Below are positions 1 through 8,028 of a DNA stretch of 64,000 nucleotides, piece after piece. The DNA is from a virus, in the IMG/VR virus record IMGVR_UViG_3300044684_000361, positions 17,419-81,418 of that record; one strand, given 5' to 3'. The translations under genes were made by a program, and so were the position numbers. Position 1 is the stretch's first letter, and every line of letters starts with the position of its first letter. Under the pieces are notes generated by a model. It made no database searches. It saw only the letters and a program-made list of their open reading frames with translations, and was not told where the DNA came from.

Positions 1-17
1 TTCCGGGGGAGCAAGGG

Positions 18-338
18 GTGATCGATTTTCTCTTTGTGTGTAGCCAGAACTACCAGCGTAGCCCCACGGCCGAGCACGTGGCGCGTGCGCTTGGCTACCT
101 GGCGGATAGCGCAGGCTCGGATCGCCCCTGTGCAGGGCGGCCACTGACGCCAGCGGCAATAGCGCGAGCCGATCGGATTGTATGCATGGAGGAATGCCAT
201 GCGCAGGCTGTCGCAAGAATGGTTCCTGCCCGCGCTCAGGATATCGAGGTGTGGCACATCTCAGATGAGTACGAATACTGCGCGCCGGAACTGATCCGGC
301 TCATCCAAGAGCGTCTAGGAGCAAAAGATGTGGGTTGA
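18..338 (+). CDS. low-molecular-weight protein tyrosine phosphatase-like protein
   Basis: P-loop motif FVCSQNYQRSPTAE (C-x5-R-S), ADRIVCMEE, C-terminal acidic loop ISDEYEY; GGAG upstream of GTG. Confidence 0.8.
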   Translation: MIDFLFVCSQNYQRSPTAEHVARALGYLADSAGSDRPCAGRPLTPAAIARADRIVCMEECHAQAVARMVPARAQDIEVWHISDEYEYCAPELIRLIQERLGAKDVG

Positions 339-921
339 AAGAAGTCCGCGCCGGTTTGATTTCTGTGGCTGCCCTCCGTGTGGCCTGTGCTATGTCTGGG
401 TGGATGAGGCCCCGCCTGATGCCGTGACCACGAAAAAACCGACCTTCGAGGAGCAGATGATCGCGCTCTATGGCGCGGACAAGCCCCGCCCTGCCACTCC
501 CGAGGAGTATGAATTGGCTCATGCGTATCGAGCCAAGGCGCGCAAGGAGTTCGATGACAAGATCGATGCCATGATGCGCAAGCAGGATGAGGAACAAGGG
601 TGGCAACGCTTCCTCGCCCAGAAGCCAAGGAAGGTTACGGTGTACAAACCTCTGAATGCGGTCACGTTGGATTCCATCGGAGGCGAGGAGTTGGAGCGAC
701 GGATCGCAGCCGAGCAGGGAAAGAAGCAAGAACAGAAAGTTGAGCAGCAGCAAGCATCCAGGCCTTTTCCTGCCCAGCAGACTATGCAGAGACAAATGCA
801 GAGCGTCGCGATCGGAGTCTTGGGTGGCGGGGCTTCCCCTGCCTGTGGAACGACGCGCTATGACTATCAGAGCGACAGGATGCAGGTGTGGGATGGATAC
901 CGGTGGGTCCCGCAGTACTGA
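328..921 (+). CDS. hypothetical protein
   Basis: 197-aa ORF overlapping previous stop, AGGAG RBS, N-terminal Cys cluster. Confidence 0.6.
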   Translation: MWVERSPRRFDFCGCPPCGLCYVWVDEAPPDAVTTKKPTFEEQMIALYGADKPRPATPEEYELAHAYRAKARKEFDDKIDAMMRKQDEEQGWQRFLAQKPRKVTVYKPLNAVTLDSIGGEELERRIAAEQGKKQEQKVEQQQASRPFPAQQTMQRQMQSVAIGVLGGGASPACGTTRYDYQSDRMQVWDGYRWVPQY

Positions 922-927
922 AATAAG

Positions 928-955
928 TTGATTCGTGTACAGATACCTGTACACT
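928..955 (+). promoter_or_regulatory. sigma70-like promoter with overlapping palindromic operator
   Basis: TTGATT-16bp-TACACT; inverted repeat GTGTACAG-atac-CTGTACAC at 935-954. Confidence 0.6.
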
Positions 956-991
956 TTGCGCGCGCGGATTGTTATTTCTTTATAGGAGGAA

Positions 992-2458
992 ATGCACTTG
1001 TCAGAAACACTACAGAACGTCGGCCGCAAGCTGGTGGCGGACGTGGAGCGTACTGGCGATAAGATCATCATCCCAAGCGGGGTGACAATCGATCAGGTCA
1101 TCGACCTGCTCAATCGCCGCAAGAAGTTCGAGGAAGAAGAGACCGTCATCCGCCGCACTTTTCCGGTGTTCCCGCTGGATGGTGCCGTGGCGCTCGATCG
1201 CGCGCTGAACTCTCTTTACGGCTGGGCCCCGGCGATCGCAACGCCCGGCTTCTTCACCAGTAACCCACCGCAGCTCATTCAGGTGAACGTGGGTCCCAAT
1301 GAGGTGAAGTCTGTCCCCTGGGGACGCTTCAAGCTGCCCAATGTCGAGGGCCACGTGGATACCTCGATCGATCGCGGCGACAGCGGCTGCCTCGTATTTC
1401 AGGTCGTGGCGACCGTGAAGCGCAAGAATGAGCCCGAGATCAACAAGCTCTTCGAGGTGATCGGCCAGGAGATCAAGGCGCACAGCATCTACCGGGGGAA
1501 GGCGATCAAGATCCGCTTCCGCGACGATGAGGGTGAGCCGCTGCCCATGCCGAAGCCTGTCTTCTTGGATACTTCGTACATCAGAGAGGACCAGCTGGTG
1601 TATTCCCGCCATGTGATGGATGCGGTGAACACCAATCTCTTTACGCCGATCCGGCGTGCCGCCGACTGCATCCGCAATAAGATCCAGTTGAAACGCGGTG
1701 TGATCCTGGGTGGTGTGTATGGCACCGGCAAGACCCTCGCGGCAGCAGTCGCGAGTAAGATCGCGGTCGAGACCGGCATCACGTACGTCTATGCGGAACG
1801 CGCCGATGAACTCAAGGACGCCTTGGAATTTGCCAAACAGTATCAGTCGCCGGCTTCCGTGGTGTTCGTTGAGGATATCGACCGGGACATCACTGGCGAG
1901 CGCACCCATGAGATGGATGCCGTCCTCAATACCATCGATGGGGTGGACGGCAAGCACCATAACATCATCGTGGTGCTCACCACGAACGCCCTGGATAAGG
2001 TCCACAAGGCCATGCTTCGCCCTGGGCGCTTGGATGCGGTGATCAATATCACTCCTCCGGATGCAGAGGCCGTTGCTCGCCTCATCGTCAATTACGGTGG
2101 TGGCTTGATCCGCAAGGATGCCAACCTGACTGAGGTGGGTAAGGTTCTGGATGGCCAGATCCCTGCCGTGATCGCGGAAGTGGTGAAACGAGCCAAGCTC
2201 TCGCAGTTGGCGATCCAGCCAGAGGGCACCGAACTGAACGAGATTACCCCAACGGCCCTTCTGGAGGCGGCGCACACCATGGCGATGCAGATCGATCTGC
2301 TGCGCGGTGAGCAGCCTCGCAAGGATCACTCCTCGCTGGAGGAACGCATCATCAAGGTCATTCAGGATGGGCTGTCGGAGACGGGCACGGTCACCGAGGA
2401 GACCCAGGGTCGTTTGCGCAAGCTCGACAAGGACATTCGCCAACGGCTGGAGATGTAA
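992..2458 (+). CDS. AAA+ ATPase (classic AAA clade)
   Basis: Walker A GVYGTGKT, Walker B VVFVEDID, second region of homology TTNALDKVHKAMLRPGRLD; RBS TAGGAGG. Confidence 0.9.
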   Translation: MHLSETLQNVGRKLVADVERTGDKIIIPSGVTIDQVIDLLNRRKKFEEEETVIRRTFPVFPLDGAVALDRALNSLYGWAPAIATPGFFTSNPPQLIQVNVGPNEVKSVPWGRFKLPNVEGHVDTSIDRGDSGCLVFQVVATVKRKNEPEINKLFEVIGQEIKAHSIYRGKAIKIRFRDDEGEPLPMPKPVFLDTSYIREDQLVYSRHVMDAVNTNLFTPIRRAADCIRNKIQLKRGVILGGVYGTGKTLAAAVASKIAVETGITYVYAERADELKDALEFAKQYQSPASVVFVEDIDRDITGERTHEMDAVLNTIDGVDGKHHNIIVVLTTNALDKVHKAMLRPGRLDAVINITPPDAEAVARLIVNYGGGLIRKDANLTEVGKVLDGQIPAVIAEVVKRAKLSQLAIQPEGTELNEITPTALLEAAHTMAMQIDLLRGEQPRKDHSSLEERIIKVIQDGLSETGTVTEETQGRLRKLDKDIRQRLEM

Positions 2459-2459
2459 A

Positions 2460-2558
2460 GACACTCCTGGGGATTAGCTTTATTCGAGTGTCGCACTGGA
2501 CCGCCCGGAGGAGGCCCCAGCTCCGGGCCGTTCCAAGAGAGAGGACAACAACCTTGTC
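2460..2558 (+). promoter_or_regulatory. putative structured leader (two hairpins with complementary loops)
   Basis: GACACTC/GAGTGTC and GCCCGGAG/CTCCGGGC stems; loops contain CTGGGG and CCCCAG. Confidence 0.4.
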
Positions 2559-2733
2559 ATTGTCTGAGGAACTGGTTCATTTTCGATATCCACTCCCTGT
2601 CTGGGCAGCCATGCGGGATCGGGAGATGACTGCCGCCTTGATCAAGGCCGAAGAAGAACATCTGGCCTATCGGCGATTTCGTATCGGATTGGCTCATATC
2701 TTCGCGATGCCTCAAAGATTGGAGAAACGCTGA
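2554..2733 (+). CDS. hypothetical protein (probable TTG start)
   Basis: 3' part of ORF 2488..2733; GAGGA RBS precedes in-frame TTG at 2554. Confidence 0.45.
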   Translation: MSLSEELVHFRYPLPVWAAMRDREMTAALIKAEEEHLAYRRFRIGLAHIFAMPQRLEKR

Positions 2734-3066
2734 ATGCCTGCTTACCTTGTCACGAATCGTGAAACCGGCTCCCGCGATCTGGTGGTGGCTGATACGCCCG
2801 CACAGGCTCTTCGTTTTATCTCGGAACGGGTGTTGACCGTGTCTACCCTGAAGGGTGAGGACGTGGCTATCCTTGTTGCGGAGGGGCTTGCTCCTCAGAA
2901 CGCCAGGAAGGCACAAAAGGAGATGGACTTGACGCCGCCTCCTGCTGGGCCCACGACGTACCTGCCGATGTACACGCATAAGACGGGCTGCGCGGCCGAT
3001 CCCTGGACCCCGATAGGCCAGAAAGATTGCCGCTGTATGAAGCTCGATATCCCTACGGTGATGTAA
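2734..3066 (+). CDS. hypothetical protein
   Basis: 110-aa ORF directly abutting previous stop, GGAG upstream. Confidence 0.6.
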   Translation: MPAYLVTNRETGSRDLVVADTPAQALRFISERVLTVSTLKGEDVAILVAEGLAPQNARKAQKEMDLTPPPAGPTTYLPMYTHKTGCAADPWTPIGQKDCRCMKLDIPTVM

Positions 3067-3149
3067 GCCCCGTCAGGGGCGCAAGAAGAATTTCTTTATA
3101 GGAGGACGCAACCGATGAAGTATGACCTGCACACAAGGGGCGGGAAGCC

Positions 3150-3347
3150 ATGGGCGAAAGTTCTCCAGAGACCGAGGCCATTCAACACGGGATACGCAGC
3201 ACGTATGTCAATCTGAAGTGTCGCTGCGCGACCTGTAAGAAGGCCAATTGTGACTACATGCGCCCCTACATGAACGAGTGGAAGCACAAGCGTTCACCAC
3301 GGGGGTATCCACAGAAACGTAACCGCAAGGGGAATAATGATGGATGA
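3150..3347 (+). CDS. small Cys-rich (putative Zn-binding) protein, possibly frameshifted at 5' end
   Basis: HGIRSTY..CRCATC..A motif; the strong RBS at ~3100 serves an ATG (3115) in another frame. Confidence 0.5.
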   Translation: MGESSPETEAIQHGIRSTYVNLKCRCATCKKANCDYMRPYMNEWKHKRSPRGYPQKRNRKGNNDG

Positions 3348-3368
3348 ACTTCAACTTCTGCAGACCGC

Positions 3369-3680
3369 ATGATTCGGGAGACGTTGATGGCTGACGACAA
3401 GAATCTCCGGCCTCTCTATTCGCATCTGTACTTCGTGCAAAATGAGACCGATAGTCGAATGGAGATGCGGATCATGATCCCGGAGGTCTTCGGCAAGGAT
3501 GCCGAAGATTATCGCGTGATGTGTTCCATTCCCATCTCTCTCTATGAGATCCCTGGCGTTCCGCAGCTCTTTGCCGAGGCCGGCGCCAAGATCGCCCAAC
3601 AGTATTTGGCGGTGGCCTGCAATATTCAGTTCGAGGGCGGGCTACAGACCGTTGTTGTAGACAAAAATCCCTCCAACTGA
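3369..3680 (+). CDS. hypothetical protein
   Basis: 103-aa ORF in co-directional gene string. Confidence 0.55.
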   Translation: MIRETLMADDKNLRPLYSHLYFVQNETDSRMEMRIMIPEVFGKDAEDYRVMCSIPISLYEIPGVPQLFAEAGAKIAQQYLAVACNIQFEGGLQTVVVDKNPSN

Positions 3681-3695
3681 CGAGGAGACAGTCCA

Positions 3696-4085
3696 TTGTA
3701 TTTTGCATTGGGTGTGTTGAGTTTTGTAGTGGCGTTTCTCTTCGGGGTGGCGCTGGGGCAGGGGATGCATCGCAAGGAGGTGATGGATCTGAAGCTGGAG
3801 ATAAGCCGTCTTGAAAAGTACCGAGGGGCCTGGATTGATCAGGCCATGAAGTACCGCCTGGAGTTGCGTAAACTTCAGGTGGCTCTGGAACGGCGACAGA
3901 GAAAGATTGAGCGGTTGAAGGTCAGGATCGGGCAGACGGTGACGGACTTGTCCTGGCTGAATCGAAAGATTCAGGAAGATCTAGCCCCAACTCTACCGCC
4001 TCCTCCTGAGACAGCCTCGACCGCAAGCGGTCAATTGCCCCTTGAGCAATCCGCCGATGCAGCTCACAGCAGGGGCATTGGGTAG
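3696..4085 (+). CDS. membrane-anchored coiled-coil protein
   Basis: hydrophobic N-terminus then heptad-like region; GAGGAG RBS. Confidence 0.6.
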   Translation: MYFALGVLSFVVAFLFGVALGQGMHRKEVMDLKLEISRLEKYRGAWIDQAMKYRLELRKLQVALERRQRKIERLKVRIGQTVTDLSWLNRKIQEDLAPTLPPPPETASTASGQLPLEQSADAAHSRGIG

Positions 4086-4124
4086 CGCAGGAGGCGATCC
4101 CGCGCAGCGCGAGGAATAGCTCCC

Positions 4125-4256
4125 TCACACCTTGGGCATCACCTTCTGGATCTCTTCTTTGAGGCTCCTTTCGATGTCGGCCAATTTGCCGGCCAGCTTC
4201 TGATCCGCAAGCCACCCGGCCGCGAAGCCGATCACGAAGATGATCACTGATGTCAT
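4125..4256 (-). CDS. small membrane protein
   Basis: MTSVIIFVIGFAAGWLA..., 43 aa, ATGA overlap with Rz-like gene. Confidence 0.55.
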   Translation of the reverse strand: MTSVIIFVIGFAAGWLADQKLAGKLADIERSLKEEIQKVMPKV

Positions 4257-4762
4257 GGGTAATGCCTCTGATATTCGCGAAGTTGGCTGCTTACTTGGTC
4301 GGCGCTCGCTCCAAGAGCTTGGAGCATTGCGAGTCGATCGAGGGAGACTGTAGGATCTCCCGCAGGCACTGACTGAAGAGGTTGGGCGGGGGTGCCGGGA
4401 GGCGCATCTCCGGGCTGGGCGGGGTGGGCCTCGGGCAGATCGGCGCTCCCACCGTGTGTATCGTGGCACAGCTCGCGAGCAGTGGTAATAGGATGCTGGC
4501 CTTGATAAGCGATGCTGTCTGCACGTTCTTTCGCATAAGCCGCTTCCGCTGCCTCCGCCCGCTGCTTCAATTGCTCGGTCACCTGCGTGGCCGCGTCCTT
4601 CAGCTGCTGGAGGGCCTGATCATCGCGATGCTGCTGCTCGCTGACTCCTTCATCGATCAGGTGATGCTCCCACAGATGTACCGCAAGGGCCACCAAACCG
4701 ATCATGATCACCTCCAAGATCCACCCCGGGATGCCGGTCTTCCCGATAAGCCATGCGATCAT
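4253..4762 (-). CDS. i-spanin (Rz-like)
   Basis: N-terminal TM helix, periplasmic coiled coil, single Cys; downstream of endolysin/holin. Confidence 0.75.
   Translation of the reverse strand: MIAWLIGKTGIPGWILEVIMIGLVALAVHLWEHHLIDEGVSEQQHRDDQALQQLKDAATQVTEQLKQRAEAAEAAYAKERADSIAYQGQHPITTARELCHDTHGGSADLPEAHPAQPGDAPPGTPAQPLQSVPAGDPTVSLDRLAMLQALGASADQVSSQLREYQRHYP
4291..4536 (-). CDS. o-spanin lipoprotein (Rz1-like), embedded in Rz
   Basis: lipobox LLASC, Pro-rich mature part, fully nested in another frame of the Rz-like gene. Confidence 0.75.
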   Translation of the reverse strand: MRKNVQTASLIKASILLPLLASCATIHTVGAPICPRPTPPSPEMRLPAPPPNLFSQCLREILQSPSIDSQCSKLLERAPTK

Positions 4763-4772
4763 ACTCTATCCC

Positions 4773-4967
4773 TCACTTCTGGGTGGCACGCCAAAAGATC
4801 GCTGCCGCCCCGACGAGGCGCAGGACCGCATGCCAGTGTGGCCAAGGCAGGAGATCCTTGAAATCCTGTTCATAAGGGGTGAGATCCACGACCGCGAGCG
4901 CCCCCAGGATGGTGGCGACAGTTTTCTGTCCGTGAGCGGCCCAGTAAGCCTTGATCGTCTCGATCAT
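4773..4967 (-). CDS. putative holin
   Basis: 64 aa, two hydrophobic segments, between endolysin and spanins. Confidence 0.55.
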   Translation of the reverse strand: MIETIKAYWAAHGQKTVATILGALAVVDLTPYEQDFKDLLPWPHWHAVLRLVGAAAIFWRATQK

Positions 4968-5392
4968 GAGGGTGCCTTCAAGGAGAGGTTAAAGATCTTC
5001 AGGAGCCGCCTGGACCAGCCTCTGGCATTGTGGGCCCAGTTCGGAAGGCTGGCCAGATATTGGATATGCTCGGCCTGGAAGCCGACTGCGAACTCCAGCG
5101 CAGGCAGGCCCGAATACATCTGAAGCCATCGCTGGGGATTGCCTCCATTGATGGCGCTGTCAAACACGAGGAGCGCCTCTGTCCAGGGAAGCTTCTCACA
5201 GCCATGGGTAGCCCAGTAGTCCCGCTGGTAGAGAAACTTCGCGCGCTCCAAGGTGAGATTCGCGATGTCCTCATTCGGGTAGCGTCGCTTGGATATCCCG
5301 TACTTGGTCTCGCCTCCGGGGTCTTGTGGATCGTTGACATAGCCGCCCTCGATCCCCACGACCATGGCGAAGGCGGCATCAAAGTAACTCAT
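4964..5392 (-). CDS. endolysin, glycoside hydrolase family 108
   Basis: signature EGGYVNDPQDPGGETKYGIS, YQRDYW, C-terminal GWSRR. Confidence 0.9.
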   Translation of the reverse strand: MSYFDAAFAMVVGIEGGYVNDPQDPGGETKYGISKRRYPNEDIANLTLERAKFLYQRDYWATHGCEKLPWTEALLVFDSAINGGNPQRWLQMYSGLPALEFAVGFQAEHIQYLASLPNWAHNARGWSRRLLKIFNLSLKAPS

Positions 5393-5562
5393 GGCCTTTG
5401 CCTTTGTAGGTTATTTCGTTCCAGCGTTTTCCTTCGACTAGCCACTCCTGCCTGATGATGACATTTCATGCAAACGTGGCTTACTTTGTTCTCTTCCGGT
5501 TTGAACCGGAAAAAAGCCGCTATATCTTTCTCTTTCCAACATTTGCGACAGATCAGCCTCAT
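5389..5562 (-). CDS. small zinc-finger protein (not in ORF track)
   Basis: MRLICRKCWKEK...VCMKCHH, 57 aa, ATGA overlaps at both ends. Confidence 0.6.
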   Translation of the reverse strand: MRLICRKCWKEKDIAAFFRFKPEENKVSHVCMKCHHQAGVASRRKTLERNNLQRQRP

Positions 5563-5735
5563 TTCTTGGTGTTACTCGTGTAATAGCGATAACTCGCCCG
5601 AGCCACAATCAGACCCGCCACGGACAGCGCAATCCGCAGGATCATGTCAACCGCAGGTAACCAACTCACAATCGCTGCTGCCCCCGTGAATGTCAATCCA
5701 ATTGCTGCGAGCCAGTGGCGGATGTGGTCCATCAT
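5559..5735 (-). CDS. putative holin/antiholin (two TM segments)
   Basis: MMDHIRHWLAAIGLTF...YYTSNTKK, 58 aa, basic C-terminus, ATGA overlap. Confidence 0.55.
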   Translation of the reverse strand: MMDHIRHWLAAIGLTFTGAAAIVSWLPAVDMILRIALSVAGLIVARASYRYYTSNTKK

Positions 5736-6073
5736 CGCAGCCCTCCGGTCATGGGCTGCTGTTGGCTCACTGGACTCCCTTGGGGCTTCGCTTGGGGCCC
5801 CAATGCCGAGATCTCCTTCTGGAGCCTCATCCACCATGAGCTGGCTGGTCCCCCAGATGCGTATTTCCCAGCGAGCTGTCGCCGTTTCTCGGACAAGGCG
5901 ATGGCGATTGCCTGCTTGCGATCCTTGACGATCGGGCCCTTCTTTGACCCGCTGTGCAGTTCGCCATGTTTGTACTCGTGCATCACCTTCTGCACCTTGC
6001 CCCCCACTGCATACTTCCTCTTCAGTCGAGTCAGTTGAGGACTCACCAGCGGACCCAGATTCGTGCTGTTCAC
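5732..6073 (-). CDS. DUF6496-like small basic protein
   Basis: KVQKVMHEYKHGELHSGS..VKDRKQAIAIALSE matches my recollection of the family. Confidence 0.7.
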   Translation of the reverse strand: MNSTNLGPLVSPQLTRLKRKYAVGGKVQKVMHEYKHGELHSGSKKGPIVKDRKQAIAIALSEKRRQLAGKYASGGPASSWWMRLQKEISALGPQAKPQGSPVSQQQPMTGGLR

Positions 6074-8028
6074 GGTTGCTCACCTTGGTCTACCCCATAC
6101 TTTTGGGCTAGCGCTGCCTGTGTGCCCTTCAGCGCCGCCACCCCAGCCCGTTGGTACCGAGGAGTTTTCGCTAACAAATTCTCCAGAGTCTGTAGGGCCT
6201 GGGCGGCCTGTTCCGGATCGGGAGAAGAAAGAATCCGCCCCGCCTGGGAGGCCACACCTTGATTCCACATCGAGCCACTCATCATGCGGATGATCCCGTG
6301 GATGGCAGCGCCGGTCCAACTGTGGCGTAGTTGGGAGGCAATGGTGGCCATCTTGCCGATGTCTTCCGGAGTTGAATTCTCAAAATCCTGCGCCGCCTCC
6401 AGACGGCGGAAGGTCTGCGAGCCACTCAGAAGTTGCTGGTTATTCCTAAAGATCTTGCTCTCCAGCTGCAGACCCTTTACGAAGGTATCGAACTTGGATT
6501 GATCGTTGTCGAAGAGCGTGCGCAGGAGCTTCTGCTTTTCTGGGCCACCCAGGATATCGGAAGCGATGTTGGTGTTGCGACCGCTCATCTGGTATTGAGT
6601 GAGGAGCCGCTCAGCCACTCCCTGGCGCAGGGCATTCTTGGCTGACTCTGACAAGCCGGAAACATACTTTTGGGCCTGCCCTTGCGACATGTTGAAGAAG
6701 CTGTCCTTGCCGGTGCCCTTGCCGAACTGGTTTGCATCGATGACCTCTGAGTCATCCCCATAGGTCTCGGAGGCCTTCTTGAAAGAAGGGCTGATCTCCT
6801 TCAGACGATCTACCAGCTCGTTCTTGGCGTTCTTGAGAGCAGCCGCGAGGTCCCCTTCACCACCCTGGGCTCCCTGGCCTGACTGAGCCCGGTTATAGAG
6901 CTGTCCGATCTTGGTGTTGAGAGCCCGCTGGAGGAAGTCGAGGCTGCGCACGTCGGGAGCGGTCCCGGTACGCACCCATTGCGGCTCTCCTTGAGGCGGC
7001 GGCAGGAGGTTCTCGCCTTGAGCCCCGGGGCGCGGCATGATCGATGGTGATGGAGCATAGATATCCGCCAGTGGCGGAGTGCTCTTGCCCATCCGGGCGT
7101 CCAGTGACCGGACCGAGGCATTCATCTGCTTCGCTTCCTGATAGACCCGTGCGATGTTCGGATCTTCCAGCAGATTCCAGATCTTCTCATCCATGACGGG
7201 CTGAGGATCATTGCGTACCGCCTCGTAGTTGGCTTTGGCATTGCTGCTGCGGGCCTGGGCGAGAGCATCGCCAAACAAACCGGCATCGGAATTGGCCCCT
7301 AGCGCATCGCGCGTCATCTGCGGGACCCGCGTCTTGGTATCCGCGAGAGTGCCCAAGCGATCGGCTTGGATCGTCGTGGCTGCCCCGCCTGGCTTATTGG
7401 CCAATACCTCACCTGTAGCCCGGATGTTGGGCCCCACATCGGTGAGACGCATGGGGATACCTTCCTCATTCGCCGCCTTCACATCCTGAGTGGCCGCTGA
7501 CCAAGGCCGATTGTCCTTCTCAAGGCGCGCCTGGATCTTGGCGAGAGCTTTGGCCGTATCCCCACGATTCATTCCGCCTGGAGCCGCAGCCGGATTGAAG
7601 GAAACATCCCCATAACCACCGGGGATCGGCATCTTGGCCCCGGCCAACATGGATTCCACTGCATGAGTTACCTGCTCTGTCGGAGTCTCCGGATGCGGCA
7701 AGACCTTGTTCATGTAGCCTGCGACAGCCTGGGAGGGGAGTTGCTGCTTGTATTTGTCAGGCAGAGCGTAGTTGAGCGTCGCCATCGCGGCATCGGGGAT
7801 GATGTTAACCAGCTGATTGGCGGCGTCCGGAACCGCGCGAGCGGCCAATACAGCCTGCCGGCCATAGCCCCCTAAGTACTTCTGATCGAGATCGCGCAGC
7901 TGTTGCAGAAAGCCAGGAGACTGCTGCTGAGGCTGCTGTTGGGGTGCAGCTCCCACGGGTTGGGCCGAGGCGAGATCAAACCCCCCCTGGGTGACCGGCT
8001 GAGCAGAGCTGAGATCAAAGTCACTCAT
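6070..8028 (-). CDS. putative internal virion/DNA ejection protein
   Basis: 652 aa, helical Ala/Gln-rich, last of four large genes after the tail nozzle gene. Confidence 0.6.
   Translation of the reverse strand: MSDFDLSSAQPVTQGGFDLASAQPVGAAPQQQPQQQSPGFLQQLRDLDQKYLGGYGRQAVLAARAVPDAANQLVNIIPDAAMATLNYALPDKYKQQLPSQAVAGYMNKVLPHPETPTEQVTHAVESMLAGAKMPIPGGYGDVSFNPAAAPGGMNRGDTAKALAKIQARLEKDNRPWSAATQDVKAANEEGIPMRLTDVGPNIRATGEVLANKPGGAATTIQADRLGTLADTKTRVPQMTRDALGANSDAGLFGDALAQARSSNAKANYEAVRNDPQPVMDEKIWNLLEDPNIARVYQEAKQMNASVRSLDARMGKSTPPLADIYAPSPSIMPRPGAQGENLLPPPQGEPQWVRTGTAPDVRSLDFLQRALNTKIGQLYNRAQSGQGAQGGEGDLAAALKNAKNELVDRLKEISPSFKKASETYGDDSEVIDANQFGKGTGKDSFFNMSQGQAQKYVSGLSESAKNALRQGVAERLLTQYQMSGRNTNIASDILGGPEKQKLLRTLFDNDQSKFDTFVKGLQLESKIFRNNQQLLSGSQTFRRLEAAQDFENSTPEDIGKMATIASQLRHSWTGAAIHGIIRMMSGSMWNQGVASQAGRILSSPDPEQAAQALQTLENLLAKTPRYQRAGVAALKGTQAALAQKYGVDQGEQP

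Noticed and set aside
935-954. LexA SOS box
   Set aside because: Arrangement is ACAG-N4-CTGT, not the CTGT-N8-ACAG of gammaproteobacterial LexA.
1010-2464. 484-aa antisense ORF and many similar shadow ORFs opposite structural genes
   Set aside because: Mirror real genes codon for codon; typical of high-GC DNA; no motifs or RBS.
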